A stretch of DNA of 40,006 nucleotides from positions 1-40,006 of the IMG/VR virus record IMGVR_UViG_3300049913_000010. One strand, given 5' to 3'. The notes beneath the pieces were generated by a model. That model did not search any database. It saw only the letters and a program-made list of their open reading frames with translations, and was not told the DNA's origin. Made by a program: the position numbers and the translations under genes. Position 1 is the first letter of the stretch, and every line of letters begins with the position of its first letter. The stretch comes from a virus (Duplodnaviria > Caudoviricetes). Below are positions 1 to 9,928 of this stretch, one piece after another.

Positions 1-332
1 CTATTTCCCGCTGGTATCAGCGGGTAGAATTTGCCGCCGAGGTGGACCGCCTCAGCTTAATGGTGGACATTTCCGGGCGGGCGGAACGGTTGCGCCTGGC
101 GATGAAGGCGATCCGGCAAAAGGTTGGCAAGCGGGGCGATCTACTCACCGACAAGGACGTCCTCGACTGGCTGAAGTTTGCCCAGAGTGAGACGGATGGA
201 GCAAGGATCGACATTGCCGGCGCGCTCGATCAACTCTTTGCCGCCCAGTCTGCTGTTTCCCCACCTGTGGCCGGAAGCGGACAAGGTGGAGATTCTACTC
301 CGCCAGCAGAGCAAGGCGGCAAGCCCGTATAG
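1..332 (+). CDS. Putative terminase small subunit, 5'-truncated
   Basis: Frame open from position 3 (ISRWYQRVEFAAEVDRL...) to the stop at 332; directly upstream of and overlapping terL. Confidence 0.6.
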   Translation, partial: ISRWYQRVEFAAEVDRLSLMVDISGRAERLRLAMKAIRQKVGKRGDLLTDKDVLDWLKFAQSETDGARIDIAGALDQLFAAQSAVSPPVAGSGQGGDSTPPAEQGGKPV

Positions 333-1713
333 CACATTCAAAACCAAATATCGAAACGACCCAGCAGGGTTCGTCCGGGACTGCATCACCTGGGCCGATG
401 GCGACGGGCCGGCAGGCTATCAGGCGGAGGCGATTGGCGAACTTCCGCGCCGCCGGCGGGTGACGATCCGGGGGCCGCATGGCCTGGGCAAGACATCCCT
501 GGCGGCGTGGGTGGTCCTGTGGTTCGCGCTGACCAGGGACGGCGACACCGATTGGAAAGTACCGGTGACGGCCAGCGCCTGGCGGCAACTCTCGCACTTC
601 CTATGGCCGGAGGTGCACAAGTGGGCGCGGCGCCTGCGCTGGGAGGTGATAGGCCGGCAGCCGCTGGACGAACGGACAGAACTGCAAACGCTGAACCTCA
701 AGCTCTCGACCGGCGAGGCGTTTGCCCTGGCGTCGGACAATGCGGCGCTGATCGAAGGGGCGCATGCATCAGCACTTTTATATCTCTTCGACGAGAGCAA
801 GACGATACCGGGCGAGACGTGGGACGCAGCCGAGGGGGCCATGTCTGCCGGCGACTGTTACTGGCTGGCTATCTCTACCCCCGGTGAGCCGAACGGGCGA
901 TTCCACGACATCCATTCCCGGAAGCCGGGATTTGAGGACTGGTGGGTCCGGCACGTCCGGCTTGAGGAAGCGGTTGGCGCCGGGCGCATCAGTCCGGAAT
1001 GGGCAGAGCAGCGCAAGCAGCAGTGGGGTGAGAAGTCGGCGGTTTACCAGAACCGGGTGGCCGGCGAGTTTGCCGCCAGCGAGTCGGACGGGGTAATACC
1101 CCTGGCCTGGGTAGAGGCGGCCAATCAGAGGTGGCTGGAGTGGCAGGAGGCCGGAAAGAAGCTGACCGGGCCGATGACGGCGGTCGGGGTAGACGTGGCC
1201 AGGTCGGGAGAGGACAAGACGGTGATGGCCCTGCGGTACGGTTGGATCATCAGCTCGCTTAAGCGATTCTCCAGAGAGGACACGATGCAGACAACCGGGC
1301 GGGTGGTTGGAATTCTGGACGCTCACGGCGGCAAGGCGCTTATCGACGTGATCGGCATCGGGGCCGGGGTATTCGACCGGCTAAGAGAACAGGGAAAGAA
1401 GGTCGTGGCCTTTAACGCAGCGGAGGGCACGGCCAAACGGGACAGGTCGAAAGAACTCGGATTCGTCAACTGCCGGTCGGCGGCGTGGTGGGCGATGCGG
1501 GAGATTTTGGAAACGGAGCCGGTCGCCCTGCCGCCGGATGACCTGCTGACCGGGGACTTGACGGCGCCGCATTGGCGGGTAGTGAGCGGGGGTAAGATTC
1601 AGGTGGAAGGGAAAGACGAGATCCGCAAGCGGATCGGGCGGAGCACAGACGACGGCGACGCGGTGGTCCAGGCGTTCTGGGACGCGCCGGCCGGCTGGGT
1701 GTGGAAGGGGTAA
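178..1713 (+). CDS. terL: Terminase large subunit (true start uncertain, between about 196 and 286)
   Basis: Walker A GPHGLGKT, Walker B LLYLFDES, motif III ISTP, RNase H-like nuclease motifs GVDVARSGEDKTV and RSTDDGDA. Confidence 0.93.
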   Translation: MPRVRRMEQGSTLPARSINSLPPSLLFPHLWPEADKVEILLRQQSKAASPYSTFKTKYRNDPAGFVRDCITWADGDGPAGYQAEAIGELPRRRRVTIRGPHGLGKTSLAAWVVLWFALTRDGDTDWKVPVTASAWRQLSHFLWPEVHKWARRLRWEVIGRQPLDERTELQTLNLKLSTGEAFALASDNAALIEGAHASALLYLFDESKTIPGETWDAAEGAMSAGDCYWLAISTPGEPNGRFHDIHSRKPGFEDWWVRHVRLEEAVGAGRISPEWAEQRKQQWGEKSAVYQNRVAGEFAASESDGVIPLAWVEAANQRWLEWQEAGKKLTGPMTAVGVDVARSGEDKTVMALRYGWIISSLKRFSREDTMQTTGRVVGILDAHGGKALIDVIGIGAGVFDRLREQGKKVVAFNAAEGTAKRDRSKELGFVNCRSAAWWAMREILETEPVALPPDDLLTGDLTAPHWRVVSGGKIQVEGKDEIRKRIGRSTDDGDAVVQAFWDAPAGWVWKG

Positions 1714-1716
1714 GCC

Positions 1717-3387
1717 ATGACAAAACGACGAACCAAAATAGAACCGAGCGACCGGGCCATCATCGCGGCTGGCGAAGCGGCGGTCGAGCGGGCGCAAAAG
1801 ACCTTCAGCAAGCAGCCGCGCTTCACACCCGACAGCTCCGATCGGGTAATGTCCGGGATCATGTACTGGATCAAGCAGCGTGAGATCCAGCAAGTCCCGT
1901 ACCAGGCAGACAGCCGGGCGCGGGACCGCTGGCTGCGCGACTTCTGGAAGCTCGAGCCGCACTGGTCTGGGGTCCTCAATTCGATTTGCCTGGTGGACTC
2001 GAACCGGGGATGGACACTGACCGGTGGGCGCAATCAGGTCTACCGCTACATGGACATGCTGCACGACGCCGAGGGCGGCCAGGGCTGGCGGACGCTGATG
2101 AAGCAGGAGGCATTGTCCTACCACACCGCCGACATGTGCTCGGTGTGGGAGCTTGGCAGGGATGGCCCCGGCGGCCCCCTGCGGGCGCTATACCACGTCG
2201 ATCCGGTGCGTTGCCGGCTGACGGGCCAGAGCAAGACGCCGCTGGAATACACCCCGGCGTCGGGAACCATGCAGAAATGGGGGCCGTCCGATTTCTTTCG
2301 GCTGGTGTCGATGCCGTCCAATGACGAGAGCATGAACGGCCTGGGGTTCTGCTCTACCTCGCGGGCGGTGGAGATCGTCACCCTGCTCTACTCGGTCCTG
2401 TTGCACGACCAGGAAAAGCTGGGGGCCAGGATGCCGCAGGGCCTGCTGCTCCTCCAGGGGGTGAGCGAGACCCAGTGGCGCGATGCCCTGGCCGCCAGGC
2501 GTGAGGCGCTCGACGCAGAGAACCGCGCCCGCTTCGGCGGGGTGATGGTCTTTGCCCAGGAGGGCATGGAGCAGATCGACGCCAAGATCGTGGCGCTGTC
2601 GTCCCTGCCCGACAACTTTGACCGGAAGACCTTCCTCGACCAATGCCTGTACGCCTATGCCCTGGTCACGGGCTACGACCCTCGCGAGTTCTGGCCGGTG
2701 AGCGGCGGCCAGCTCGGGACGGCGACCGAAACCGAGACGCAGCACATGAAGGCGACCGGGAAAGGCGGCATGGATTTCGTGCTGTCGGTCCAGGAGCGGC
2801 TGCAGCGCGAGTTGCCGGATACCATTGAGTTTCAGTTCGAGCAGCGCGACGATGCCGGCTCGATCATGGAGGCCCAGGTGGCCCAGGCGTGGGCGGAGGT
2901 AGCCAAGACGCTGCACGAGGCGGGGCAGGCGGCCAACGACCCGCTCCTGGACAAGCAGCATGCCCTGTCGCTGCTGGCCGATCATGGCGTCATCCCCCCG
3001 GAGTGGACCGAGATGGAAGAGGAAACCCACGCCACGGATACAGCCGAGCCGAGCGGGACAGAGCCGGAGGCGGAGGCGGCCTTGGCAACCGAGCGGGTGC
3101 GGCGGGCAATGGACAAGTTCCCCGACGAGGCCATTGTCCAGTACCGCTGGCCGTCGGAGCGGGTGCGAGTGCTGCGGGAGGCGACCCATAATCTTCCTGT
3201 ACTCGTCCCCGGCTGGCGGCAGGTAAGGCGAGTGACCATTAACCGCGCCGACGACATCCTCTACAAGTCGGGCGACGTGGTGATCACTCAGGCCGACGTC
3301 GACCGGGCCATCGCGGTGGGGCGCAAGCGGACGGGCGACGAGTTCGCATCGCTGCTGACCGCGCAGGAATACGTGGAGCCGAAATGA
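1717..3387 (+). CDS. Portal protein
   Basis: 556 aa ORF 3 nt after terL; size and synteny fit a portal. Confidence 0.75.
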   Translation: MTKRRTKIEPSDRAIIAAGEAAVERAQKTFSKQPRFTPDSSDRVMSGIMYWIKQREIQQVPYQADSRARDRWLRDFWKLEPHWSGVLNSICLVDSNRGWTLTGGRNQVYRYMDMLHDAEGGQGWRTLMKQEALSYHTADMCSVWELGRDGPGGPLRALYHVDPVRCRLTGQSKTPLEYTPASGTMQKWGPSDFFRLVSMPSNDESMNGLGFCSTSRAVEIVTLLYSVLLHDQEKLGARMPQGLLLLQGVSETQWRDALAARREALDAENRARFGGVMVFAQEGMEQIDAKIVALSSLPDNFDRKTFLDQCLYAYALVTGYDPREFWPVSGGQLGTATETETQHMKATGKGGMDFVLSVQERLQRELPDTIEFQFEQRDDAGSIMEAQVAQAWAEVAKTLHEAGQAANDPLLDKQHALSLLADHGVIPPEWTEMEEETHATDTAEPSGTEPEAEAALATERVRRAMDKFPDEAIVQYRWPSERVRVLREATHNLPVLVPGWRQVRRVTINRADDILYKSGDVVITQADVDRAIAVGRKRTGDEFASLLTAQEYVEPK

Positions 3388-4025
3388 GCTGGACCTGGGA
3401 CAAGGCAATCGCCCGATATCGCGACCAGGAGACGGGCCGCTTCCTGAGTTCAGAGCGGGTCCTGGAATATGTCCAGGAGTCTATCGGCAATGGCTACCCG
3501 GCGATGGACCAGCTCGCGGGGTATGTCGCCAACGGGACGATCAACGCCGATACCTGGGAGCTTGCTCTTAGAGATGAAATCCGCCAAGAGTACATCCGCC
3601 AGTATTTGTTAGGAGTTGGCGGCGAAGGGCAGATGACCAAAGCCGACTGGGGCAGCATAGGCGGCATGTTGAAAGAACAGTATCACCCCTACCTGGACGA
3701 TTTCCGCAAGGCCATCGAATCAGGGAATCTGAGCGAGGCGCAGATCGCGGCCAGGGCGAGGATGTATATGAACTCGGCGCGGGAGGCGTTTGAGCGGGGC
3801 AAAGCAAAGGCAGCCAAGAGAGCAGGGCAAGACGAGGTAAGTTGGAACGTCGATGCCTCTGTCGAAAATTGCCCAGACTGCCTTGACTTTCAGGCGCTTG
3901 GCTGGCAGAAGGTAGCGGACAATCCGTATGACGGGGCCTACCCAGGATCGGGAGCTACGGCATGTATCGTGCAGTGCCATTGCAATTTGGATTACCGAAA
4001 AGCAGAACAGAAGGGGGAAGCATGA
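3384..4025 (+). CDS. Minor head/head morphogenesis protein (SPP1 gp7/Mu gpF-like)
   Basis: Follows the portal with ATGA overlap; C-terminal CPDC...PG...C..QCHC Cys pattern typical of this class. Confidence 0.7.
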   Translation: MSWTWDKAIARYRDQETGRFLSSERVLEYVQESIGNGYPAMDQLAGYVANGTINADTWELALRDEIRQEYIRQYLLGVGGEGQMTKADWGSIGGMLKEQYHPYLDDFRKAIESGNLSEAQIAARARMYMNSAREAFERGKAKAAKRAGQDEVSWNVDASVENCPDCLDFQALGWQKVADNPYDGAYPGSGATACIVQCHCNLDYRKAEQKGEA

Positions 4026-4264
4026 CACTACGAATAATTGAAAACGGACAGGGCGGGTTTACCGCCACGGACGGCATGAGGCGGGCCACGCTCATGCGGT
4101 GCGGACGCTGCCACCAGCCGATGATAGGCGACCCGACGCCGGAACTCCAGGCCGCCGGCGTCAAGGCCATGTTTGGCGTGGTCGCGCCGGGAGGTCTGCT
4201 GCTGTGCACCGAATGTCTAAAACTCGAACAGGGGGAGATGGAAGATGTCGCAGAACGGGGATAA
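4022..4264 (+). CDS. Small hypothetical protein with two CxxC pairs
   Basis: AAGGGGG RBS, ATG at 4022 overlapping the upstream stop; CGRC and CTEC. Confidence 0.55.
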   Translation: MTLRIIENGQGGFTATDGMRRATLMRCGRCHQPMIGDPTPELQAAGVKAMFGVVAPGGLLLCTECLKLEQGEMEDVAERG

Positions 4265-4571
4265 CGGAAAAGGGGACGGGCCGGCGGAGCCGCAGCCGCA
4301 GGTCATCGCCAGCATCCTGGTGATGCCGAATGGAACACTGGGACTGTCCGCGTCGAAGGGAATAACGGGGCGGGTTGAGTTTTACTTGTCCGCAGTTGAC
4401 CTGCTGACCGGATGGGCGCGTGAAACAGTGCAGGATGATGGGACGGCCACGCTGTGCTTTGACGTGATTGGGGCGGCGGTCAACGGACTGGCAAGGCACA
4501 TCCAGAATCGGAACCGGGCCAAGATTCTCAAAGCGCCGCCGGGAATGCGGGTGCCGAGGGTGAAGCAATGA
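4245..4571 (+). CDS. Hypothetical protein
   Basis: 108 aa ORF in the coupled chain, GGAG upstream. Confidence 0.55.
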   Translation: MSQNGDNGKGDGPAEPQPQVIASILVMPNGTLGLSASKGITGRVEFYLSAVDLLTGWARETVQDDGTATLCFDVIGAAVNGLARHIQNRNRAKILKAPPGMRVPRVKQ

Positions 4572-4801
4572 GCACTGGGGTATTCTTTCCAGGAGAGGGC
4601 GGCAGGGATTCCAGGTTGTGCATGGACTGTTTCGAGGAGACCGATCATCAGCGTGGCCTATATGTCCTGCCCGACGGTATCTTTATTGTCAGTAGGTGCA
4701 CGAGGTGTCATAGGATAAGCGAAGACACGTCGGTACTCGGCAAGCAGTTTGACCTACTCGCGCGGATCGCGGAGCATCTCGGACTCAGGGTGGAATCATG
4801 A
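4568..4801 (+). CDS. Small zinc-ribbon-like hypothetical protein
   Basis: ATGA coupling at both ends; CMDC and CTRC. Confidence 0.55.
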   Translation: MSTGVFFPGEGGRDSRLCMDCFEETDHQRGLYVLPDGIFIVSRCTRCHRISEDTSVLGKQFDLLARIAEHLGLRVES

Positions 4802-5169
4802 ACGACCAAACTGTAGCGAGCGACCGGGTTTTCGGCTGGAAGCAAATCCCAAAGCGGGCACCCTTGGCGAGTCCCTACCTTGCCCAGTGCGACTGCGAGG
4901 TAGACATTCATGCCGTAAAGGCAGATTGTGGCGCAAGGATTGAGCCGACCGTAATCCTCAACCTGGCATCGAAGCGCCGGATGCGGTCCTGGGTTGCGTG
5001 GCGGGTTCTGCGCTTCGCGTTCTGGCTCGGGCGTTTTGACCTGGTGGATTACGGCCACTTGGTGCGGCCAACGCTGAACGAAAAGCAGCCGGCATTGTTT
5101 GATGCGTCGAGCATGATGCCTGGCCCTGAGTACGAGCCGCCCACCTGCTGCCCGACGCCGATGGGGTGA
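4798..5169 (+). CDS. Hypothetical protein
   Basis: 123 aa ORF coupled to both neighbours by 4-nt overlaps. Confidence 0.5.
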   Translation: MNDQTVASDRVFGWKQIPKRAPLASPYLAQCDCEVDIHAVKADCGARIEPTVILNLASKRRMRSWVAWRVLRFAFWLGRFDLVDYGHLVRPTLNEKQPALFDASSMMPGPEYEPPTCCPTPMG

Positions 5170-6134
5170 CGACAATGAGGATCGGCTTCCTGATCTCACA
5201 CCTGGGCATAGCCGGCAGCGTGCGCCGGGTAGTGGAATTGTCGAACCGGCTGCAACGTCGCGGCCACGAGGTGATCATCTATACTGCAACGGGCGAGACA
5301 TGCAACTGGCTGACATTGGAAGCGCCCGCCGAGCCGCTGAAAAACATTGGCGGTGACTTTGATGCCCTGATAAAGCTGGGCGGGACAGAGTTGACGCCGT
5401 TTTTCGAGGCGGCCAATGCACGGAGAAAGATCACCTACCTGCTCGGGATCGGGCCGGATACCGATGGCCTGATAGCCGACATGGTGCGTGGTATCCAAAA
5501 GCCACAAAACAGGCGGATAGCCGAGACAGTCGCCGCCATCCGTGAGGGCCGGACTATCGCCAACTGCACGGCGATCAGCCGCTGGGTCGAGGAAATATCG
5601 GGGCTGCCATGCCCGACCGTGCCGGGTGGAGTGGACCTCGACACATTCAAGCCTGGCCCCAAGCAGTCATTTCTGGTGCTGGGGGGTGGGTGCAAGAAGG
5701 GCACCGACGGGACACAGGACATTCTGGACGCCAAGAAGATCGTGATCGAAGCCGAGCCACGGGCCGTGTTTGCGTTCTACTTCTACCTGGGGCTCAGCCA
5801 GCCGGAACTGGCCGCGCTGTATGGTTCGGCGGACGTGTATGTGGACGCCCACCACGGCGGCGGATGGAACAACGCGGTAGTCGAGGCGATGGCCTGCCAA
5901 ACGGCGGTCGTCTGCACTGACATCATGGGAAACGAAGACTTTGCGATAGACGGCGAAACGGCGCTGGTCGTGCCGGCTGGGGATGTGGACCGGCTGGCCG
6001 AGGCGGTGCTGCGGCTGCTCAAGGAAGGGGAATTGCGGGTGCGGTTGGCGCGGAATGGCCGCCGGCACGTGCAACAGTTCACCTGGGACCATGCAACGGA
6101 TTGCTTTGAGGCGGCGGTATGCGTATCTGCATAA
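5166..6134 (+). CDS. Glycosyltransferase family 4 (GT-B)
   Basis: N-terminal GSVRRVVELSNRLQRRGHEVII; C-terminal VVEAMACQTAVVCTD...DGETALVVPAGDVDRLAEAVLRLL...FTWD signature. Confidence 0.88.
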   Translation: MTTMRIGFLISHLGIAGSVRRVVELSNRLQRRGHEVIIYTATGETCNWLTLEAPAEPLKNIGGDFDALIKLGGTELTPFFEAANARRKITYLLGIGPDTDGLIADMVRGIQKPQNRRIAETVAAIREGRTIANCTAISRWVEEISGLPCPTVPGGVDLDTFKPGPKQSFLVLGGGCKKGTDGTQDILDAKKIVIEAEPRAVFAFYFYLGLSQPELAALYGSADVYVDAHHGGGWNNAVVEAMACQTAVVCTDIMGNEDFAIDGETALVVPAGDVDRLAEAVLRLLKEGELRVRLARNGRRHVQQFTWDHATDCFEAAVCVSA

Positions 6135-7033
6135 CGGGTAGTGCTGGATTTATAGCCTCCCACCTGGTGGACGCACTCCTCGCCGCCGGCCATGACGTGA
6201 TCGGCGTAGACGACTATAGCGCCGGCAAGTCCGACAACCTGCACGACGCCCGGCAATCCCCGCGCTTCACCGAAGTCGCCGCCGACGTGCTGGAACTGCC
6301 GGCGGGGTTCTGTCAGGGGGTGGAGGTCATCTTCCACCTGGCCGCCGTGAAAAAGACACGCAGCCTGGGCGAGCGCGATCTGGCGGTCAATGCGCTGGGA
6401 ACCTTTAGGATGCTGGAACAAGCGCGGGTGCATGGCTGCCGGTTCATCCACGTCTCTACCGGGTCGGTGTATGGCCGGCCGGTTGGCATTCAAGACGAGA
6501 ATCACCCGCTGGACCCGGTATCGTTTTATGGTGTGTCGAAACTGGCCGGCGAGCGGTACGCGATGGTCTACCGCCACCTGTATGGGCTTCCGGTCACAGT
6601 CCTGAGATACTGCCACGTCTACGGCCCCCGGCAAGACGCGGGAGAGCATGGCGGGGTGGTAGCCATCTTCACCCGGAAGATGCTGGTCGGCGAGCCGATC
6701 ACCATCCACGGCGACGGGACGCAGATGCGCAGCTTTACCTACGTCGGGGACGTGGTGCGGGCGACGGCGTGGGCCATGAACAACTCAGTTGCCACGGTGG
6801 GAAAGGTGTTCAACGTGGCGTCGGGGGTGCATACCAGCATCTACGCGATGGCTCAAAAGCTGGCCGGCATCATCGGGATCGAGCCGGTTATCGTGTACGA
6901 CGACTGGATGCCAGGGGACAGCCGGGAGTTCAACGTGTCGAGCCAGAGGTTGCAGGGCCTGGGGTTTCGTTTCGAGACCGGCCTGGACGACGGGTTGGCA
7001 AGGACGGCGGAGTGGTTCAGATGCGCGTCCTAG
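6119..7033 (+). CDS. NAD-dependent nucleotide-sugar epimerase/dehydratase (extended SDR)
   Basis: TGSAGFIAS Rossmann motif, IFHLAA, catalytic YGVSK, VYGPRQ, GDGTQMRSFTYVGDVV. Confidence 0.92.
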   Translation: MRICITGSAGFIASHLVDALLAAGHDVIGVDDYSAGKSDNLHDARQSPRFTEVAADVLELPAGFCQGVEVIFHLAAVKKTRSLGERDLAVNALGTFRMLEQARVHGCRFIHVSTGSVYGRPVGIQDENHPLDPVSFYGVSKLAGERYAMVYRHLYGLPVTVLRYCHVYGPRQDAGEHGGVVAIFTRKMLVGEPITIHGDGTQMRSFTYVGDVVRATAWAMNNSVATVGKVFNVASGVHTSIYAMAQKLAGIIGIEPVIVYDDWMPGDSREFNVSSQRLQGLGFRFETGLDDGLARTAEWFRCAS

Positions 7034-7623
7034 TTCTGTGCGCCCACCCAGACGACGAGTTCGGCTGTGGCGGCACGATTGCAAGGTTTGTCGAGGAGGG
7101 AGCGACAGTCTCTTATGTCGCGTTTTCCAGGTGTCGGGATTCTCTGCCAGAGGGGTATAACCTGGGCCTTGAGATGCTGGAATCAACAAAGACCCTGGGG
7201 ATAGAGAATCCCAAACTTTACGATTTTCCTGTCCGGTGGTTCCAAATGTATCGGCAGAACATCCTGGAGAAACTGATCGAGTTGAGAGACGAAGTGAAGC
7301 CCGACCTCGTGTTGCTGCCGAGCCTGTTGGATGTTCACCAAGACCACGCAACCCTGGCGGCGGAGGGACTGCGGGCATTCAAACTGACTTCCATGCTGAG
7401 TTATGAACTGCCGTGGAATACCTTGAGTTTCCAGAACACCTGCTTCATCCGGCTGGAAGAGCGGCACGTTGAGAGGAAGATCGCAGCATTGGCAACCTAC
7501 AAGTCGCAGGCGCATCGGACCTACTCGCGCCCGGAGGTGATGCGCAGCCTGGCGGTGATACGGGGGATGCAATCGGGGAATGCCTATGCCGAGATGTTCG
7601 AGGTCGTGAGGCTGATGGTATGA
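7021..7623 (+). CDS. PIG-L/LmbE family N-acetyl-sugar deacetylase
   Basis: Starts MRVLVLCAHPDDE (HPDDE motif); HQDH motif; C-terminal AEMFEVVR. Confidence 0.88.
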   Translation: MRVLVLCAHPDDEFGCGGTIARFVEEGATVSYVAFSRCRDSLPEGYNLGLEMLESTKTLGIENPKLYDFPVRWFQMYRQNILEKLIELRDEVKPDLVLLPSLLDVHQDHATLAAEGLRAFKLTSMLSYELPWNTLSFQNTCFIRLEERHVERKIAALATYKSQAHRTYSRPEVMRSLAVIRGMQSGNAYAEMFEVVRLMV

Positions 7624-9068
7624 TAGAACCGACTTGGCAGGGTGAGGGGATAAGCCTCTACACCGGCGATTCGCTGATCGTCATGGCGGACTTTGCGCCA
7701 GATAGTTTTGACAGCATCGTGACCGACCCGCCCTATGGATTGGAGTTCATGGGGAAGGAGTGGGACAAACTCGCCAAGCCAAAACCGGGTAACATTGGCG
7801 GGTTTGCCGATGGAAACAAGCCGAGTTTCGAGCGGGTGAAGCGATACCTGCCCGCCATGCAGGAATGGCACTATAATTGGGCCGTCGAAGCCCTGCGCGT
7901 TGCCAAGCCGGGGGCGCGCCTGCTGGCATTTGGCGGGACGCGCACCTGGCACCGGCTGGCCTGCGCGTTGGAAGATGCCGGCTGGGAGATTCGGGATACG
8001 ATCATGTGGGTATATGGCAGCGGGTTTTCCAAGAGCCACGACATCAGCAAGGCGATTGACAAGATGGCCGGGGCCATTGGGGTACAGGCACATGGGTTCA
8101 ACACGGCAGGCGGAAAAGAAAACTACGACGCGCAAGACAAGAGTTTCCGTTCTGATTATGGCTATAGCTATGCACCCGCCACCGATGCCGCCCGCCAGTG
8201 GGAAGGCTGGGGGACGGCGCTCAAGCCGGCATGGGAGCCGATCATCGTCGCCCGGAAGCCGGTCAACTGCACCGTGGCCGAGAATGTGCTGCAGCACGGG
8301 ACAGGAGCCATTAACATAGATGCCTGTCGGGTACAATTCGCAGATGACGCCGACGAACACGAGGCGAAGGGTAAGAATCAGCACGGCGACTTTGGCAGCG
8401 GGCCAATGACGAATCAGGTGTTTGGTGAGTTCAAACAGGACCGGGCCAATTATGACGCGCCAGGCCGCTGGCCGGCGAACCTGATCCATGACGGCAGCGA
8501 CGAGGTGATGGCGCTATTCCCACAATCGAGCGTGACAGGCAAGCGGAGCGATGATAGCCGGGCGGCAGTTGTCACCATGACGAAATGGCTAACAGATAAC
8601 CACTCGTCCGTGGAGTATGGAGGCGACACCGGATCTGCTGCCCGCTTTTTCTACTGCGCCAAGGCCAGCCGGCAGGACAGGGATGAAGGGCTGGAGGGGA
8701 TGGCGGCGCAACGCATTGGACACAACCTGAGCACGAATGCTTGTGCCAGGTGTGGCAAACGAGTCAAGCACAACGGAAGCGGTGATGGCTGTGAATGTGG
8801 AGACTTGCGGGAAACAATCAAGCTACCTACGGCCAGTCGCAACCACCACCCGACCGTCAAGCCCACGGCGCTGATGCGCTATCTGTGCCGGCTGGTAACT
8901 CCGCCGGGGGGTGTGGTGCTCGACCTGTTCATGGGCAGCGGGTCCACTGGAAAGGCGGCTGTGTTGGAGGGGTTCCGGTTCGTGGGGATCGACACCGGCG
9001 CGGAGTATGTCGATATCGCCGTCAAGCGCATCAAGCAGGCGCAAGCGCAAATGAGGATGCCACTATGA
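7620..9068 (+). CDS. DNA amino-methyltransferase (N4-C/N6-A, beta order), orphan
   Basis: Catalytic TDPPY near the N-terminus; HPTVKP and SAM-binding DLFMGSGSTG near the C-terminus; no restriction gene nearby. Confidence 0.9.
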   Translation: MIEPTWQGEGISLYTGDSLIVMADFAPDSFDSIVTDPPYGLEFMGKEWDKLAKPKPGNIGGFADGNKPSFERVKRYLPAMQEWHYNWAVEALRVAKPGARLLAFGGTRTWHRLACALEDAGWEIRDTIMWVYGSGFSKSHDISKAIDKMAGAIGVQAHGFNTAGGKENYDAQDKSFRSDYGYSYAPATDAARQWEGWGTALKPAWEPIIVARKPVNCTVAENVLQHGTGAINIDACRVQFADDADEHEAKGKNQHGDFGSGPMTNQVFGEFKQDRANYDAPGRWPANLIHDGSDEVMALFPQSSVTGKRSDDSRAAVVTMTKWLTDNHSSVEYGGDTGSAARFFYCAKASRQDRDEGLEGMAAQRIGHNLSTNACARCGKRVKHNGSGDGCECGDLRETIKLPTASRNHHPTVKPTALMRYLCRLVTPPGGVVLDLFMGSGSTGKAAVLEGFRFVGIDTGAEYVDIAVKRIKQAQAQMRMPL

Positions 9069-9820
9069 AAGCCAGCGAGATTGCCGGCCTGGTAAACGGG
9101 ACGCTCGTAGGCGATGACCGCGGGGTAACGCGACCCTGGCCGCTGAGAGACCCAGGACCCGGCGACGCCATTACGTTCTGCGCTTCCAACAATGCAGAAT
9201 TGGTCCGCAACACAACCGCCGGGGTCGTGGTCTGCCGCCAGTCCTTCCCCGTCGAAGGCAAGACGCTGATCGTCGTGGATAATCCCCGGCTGGCGTTTGC
9301 CAGAATCCTGTGTGACATGTTCGCACCACGGCGGCCGGCCAGTTTCATACACCCGTCAGCAATCATCTACCCCAACGTCCAGATCGGGGAGCGGGTCATC
9401 GTCCACGCCAACTGCGTGATCGGCGTCGAGGGATTTGGCTACGTGCGCAACGAGCGGGGCGAGCTGGAATGGTTTCCCCACGTCGGCGGGGTGGTCATCG
9501 GCGACGACGTAGAGATCCACCCCTTCACAAACGTCGACCGGGGCGGGCTTGGCGATACAACGATCGGCCAGGGGACCAAGATCGACAAGTTTTGCCACAT
9601 CGGCCACAACGTCAGGATTGGCCGGCACTGCCTGATAGCCGCTCGGACAGTCCTGGCCGGCAGCGCGACGATTGGCGATTACGTCACCATCTGGGCCGGG
9701 GCGTTGATCCGCAACTCCATCACCGTCGGGGACCGGGCGACCATCGGCATGGGTTCGGTTGTGGTCAAGGATGTGGAGGCGGGGACGCTGGTCATGGGCC
9801 ACCCTGCCAGGCAGGTGTGA
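9065..9820 (+). CDS. LpxD-like hexapeptide-repeat acyltransferase
   Basis: NPRLAFA, IGVEGFGY, NVDRG..GDTTIGQGTKID..CHIGHNVRIG and terminal GHPAR match LpxD-family left-handed beta-helix motifs. Confidence 0.82.
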   Translation: MKASEIAGLVNGTLVGDDRGVTRPWPLRDPGPGDAITFCASNNAELVRNTTAGVVVCRQSFPVEGKTLIVVDNPRLAFARILCDMFAPRRPASFIHPSAIIYPNVQIGERVIVHANCVIGVEGFGYVRNERGELEWFPHVGGVVIGDDVEIHPFTNVDRGGLGDTTIGQGTKIDKFCHIGHNVRIGRHCLIAARTVLAGSATIGDYVTIWAGALIRNSITVGDRATIGMGSVVVKDVEAGTLVMGHPARQV

Positions 9821-9928
9821 GATGTCAGGCGAGCAACTTAACTGCCCGTGGTGCAAGACGCCGAAAGACAAACGTGAATGCCCCTGCCGGAATAGGGGGC
9901 AAGGTGCTATGGAAGGAAGTCCGGGACA

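Noticed and set aside
2188-3408. 406-aa minus-strand ORF opposite the portal gene
   Set aside because: Same shadow effect; composition not protein-like.
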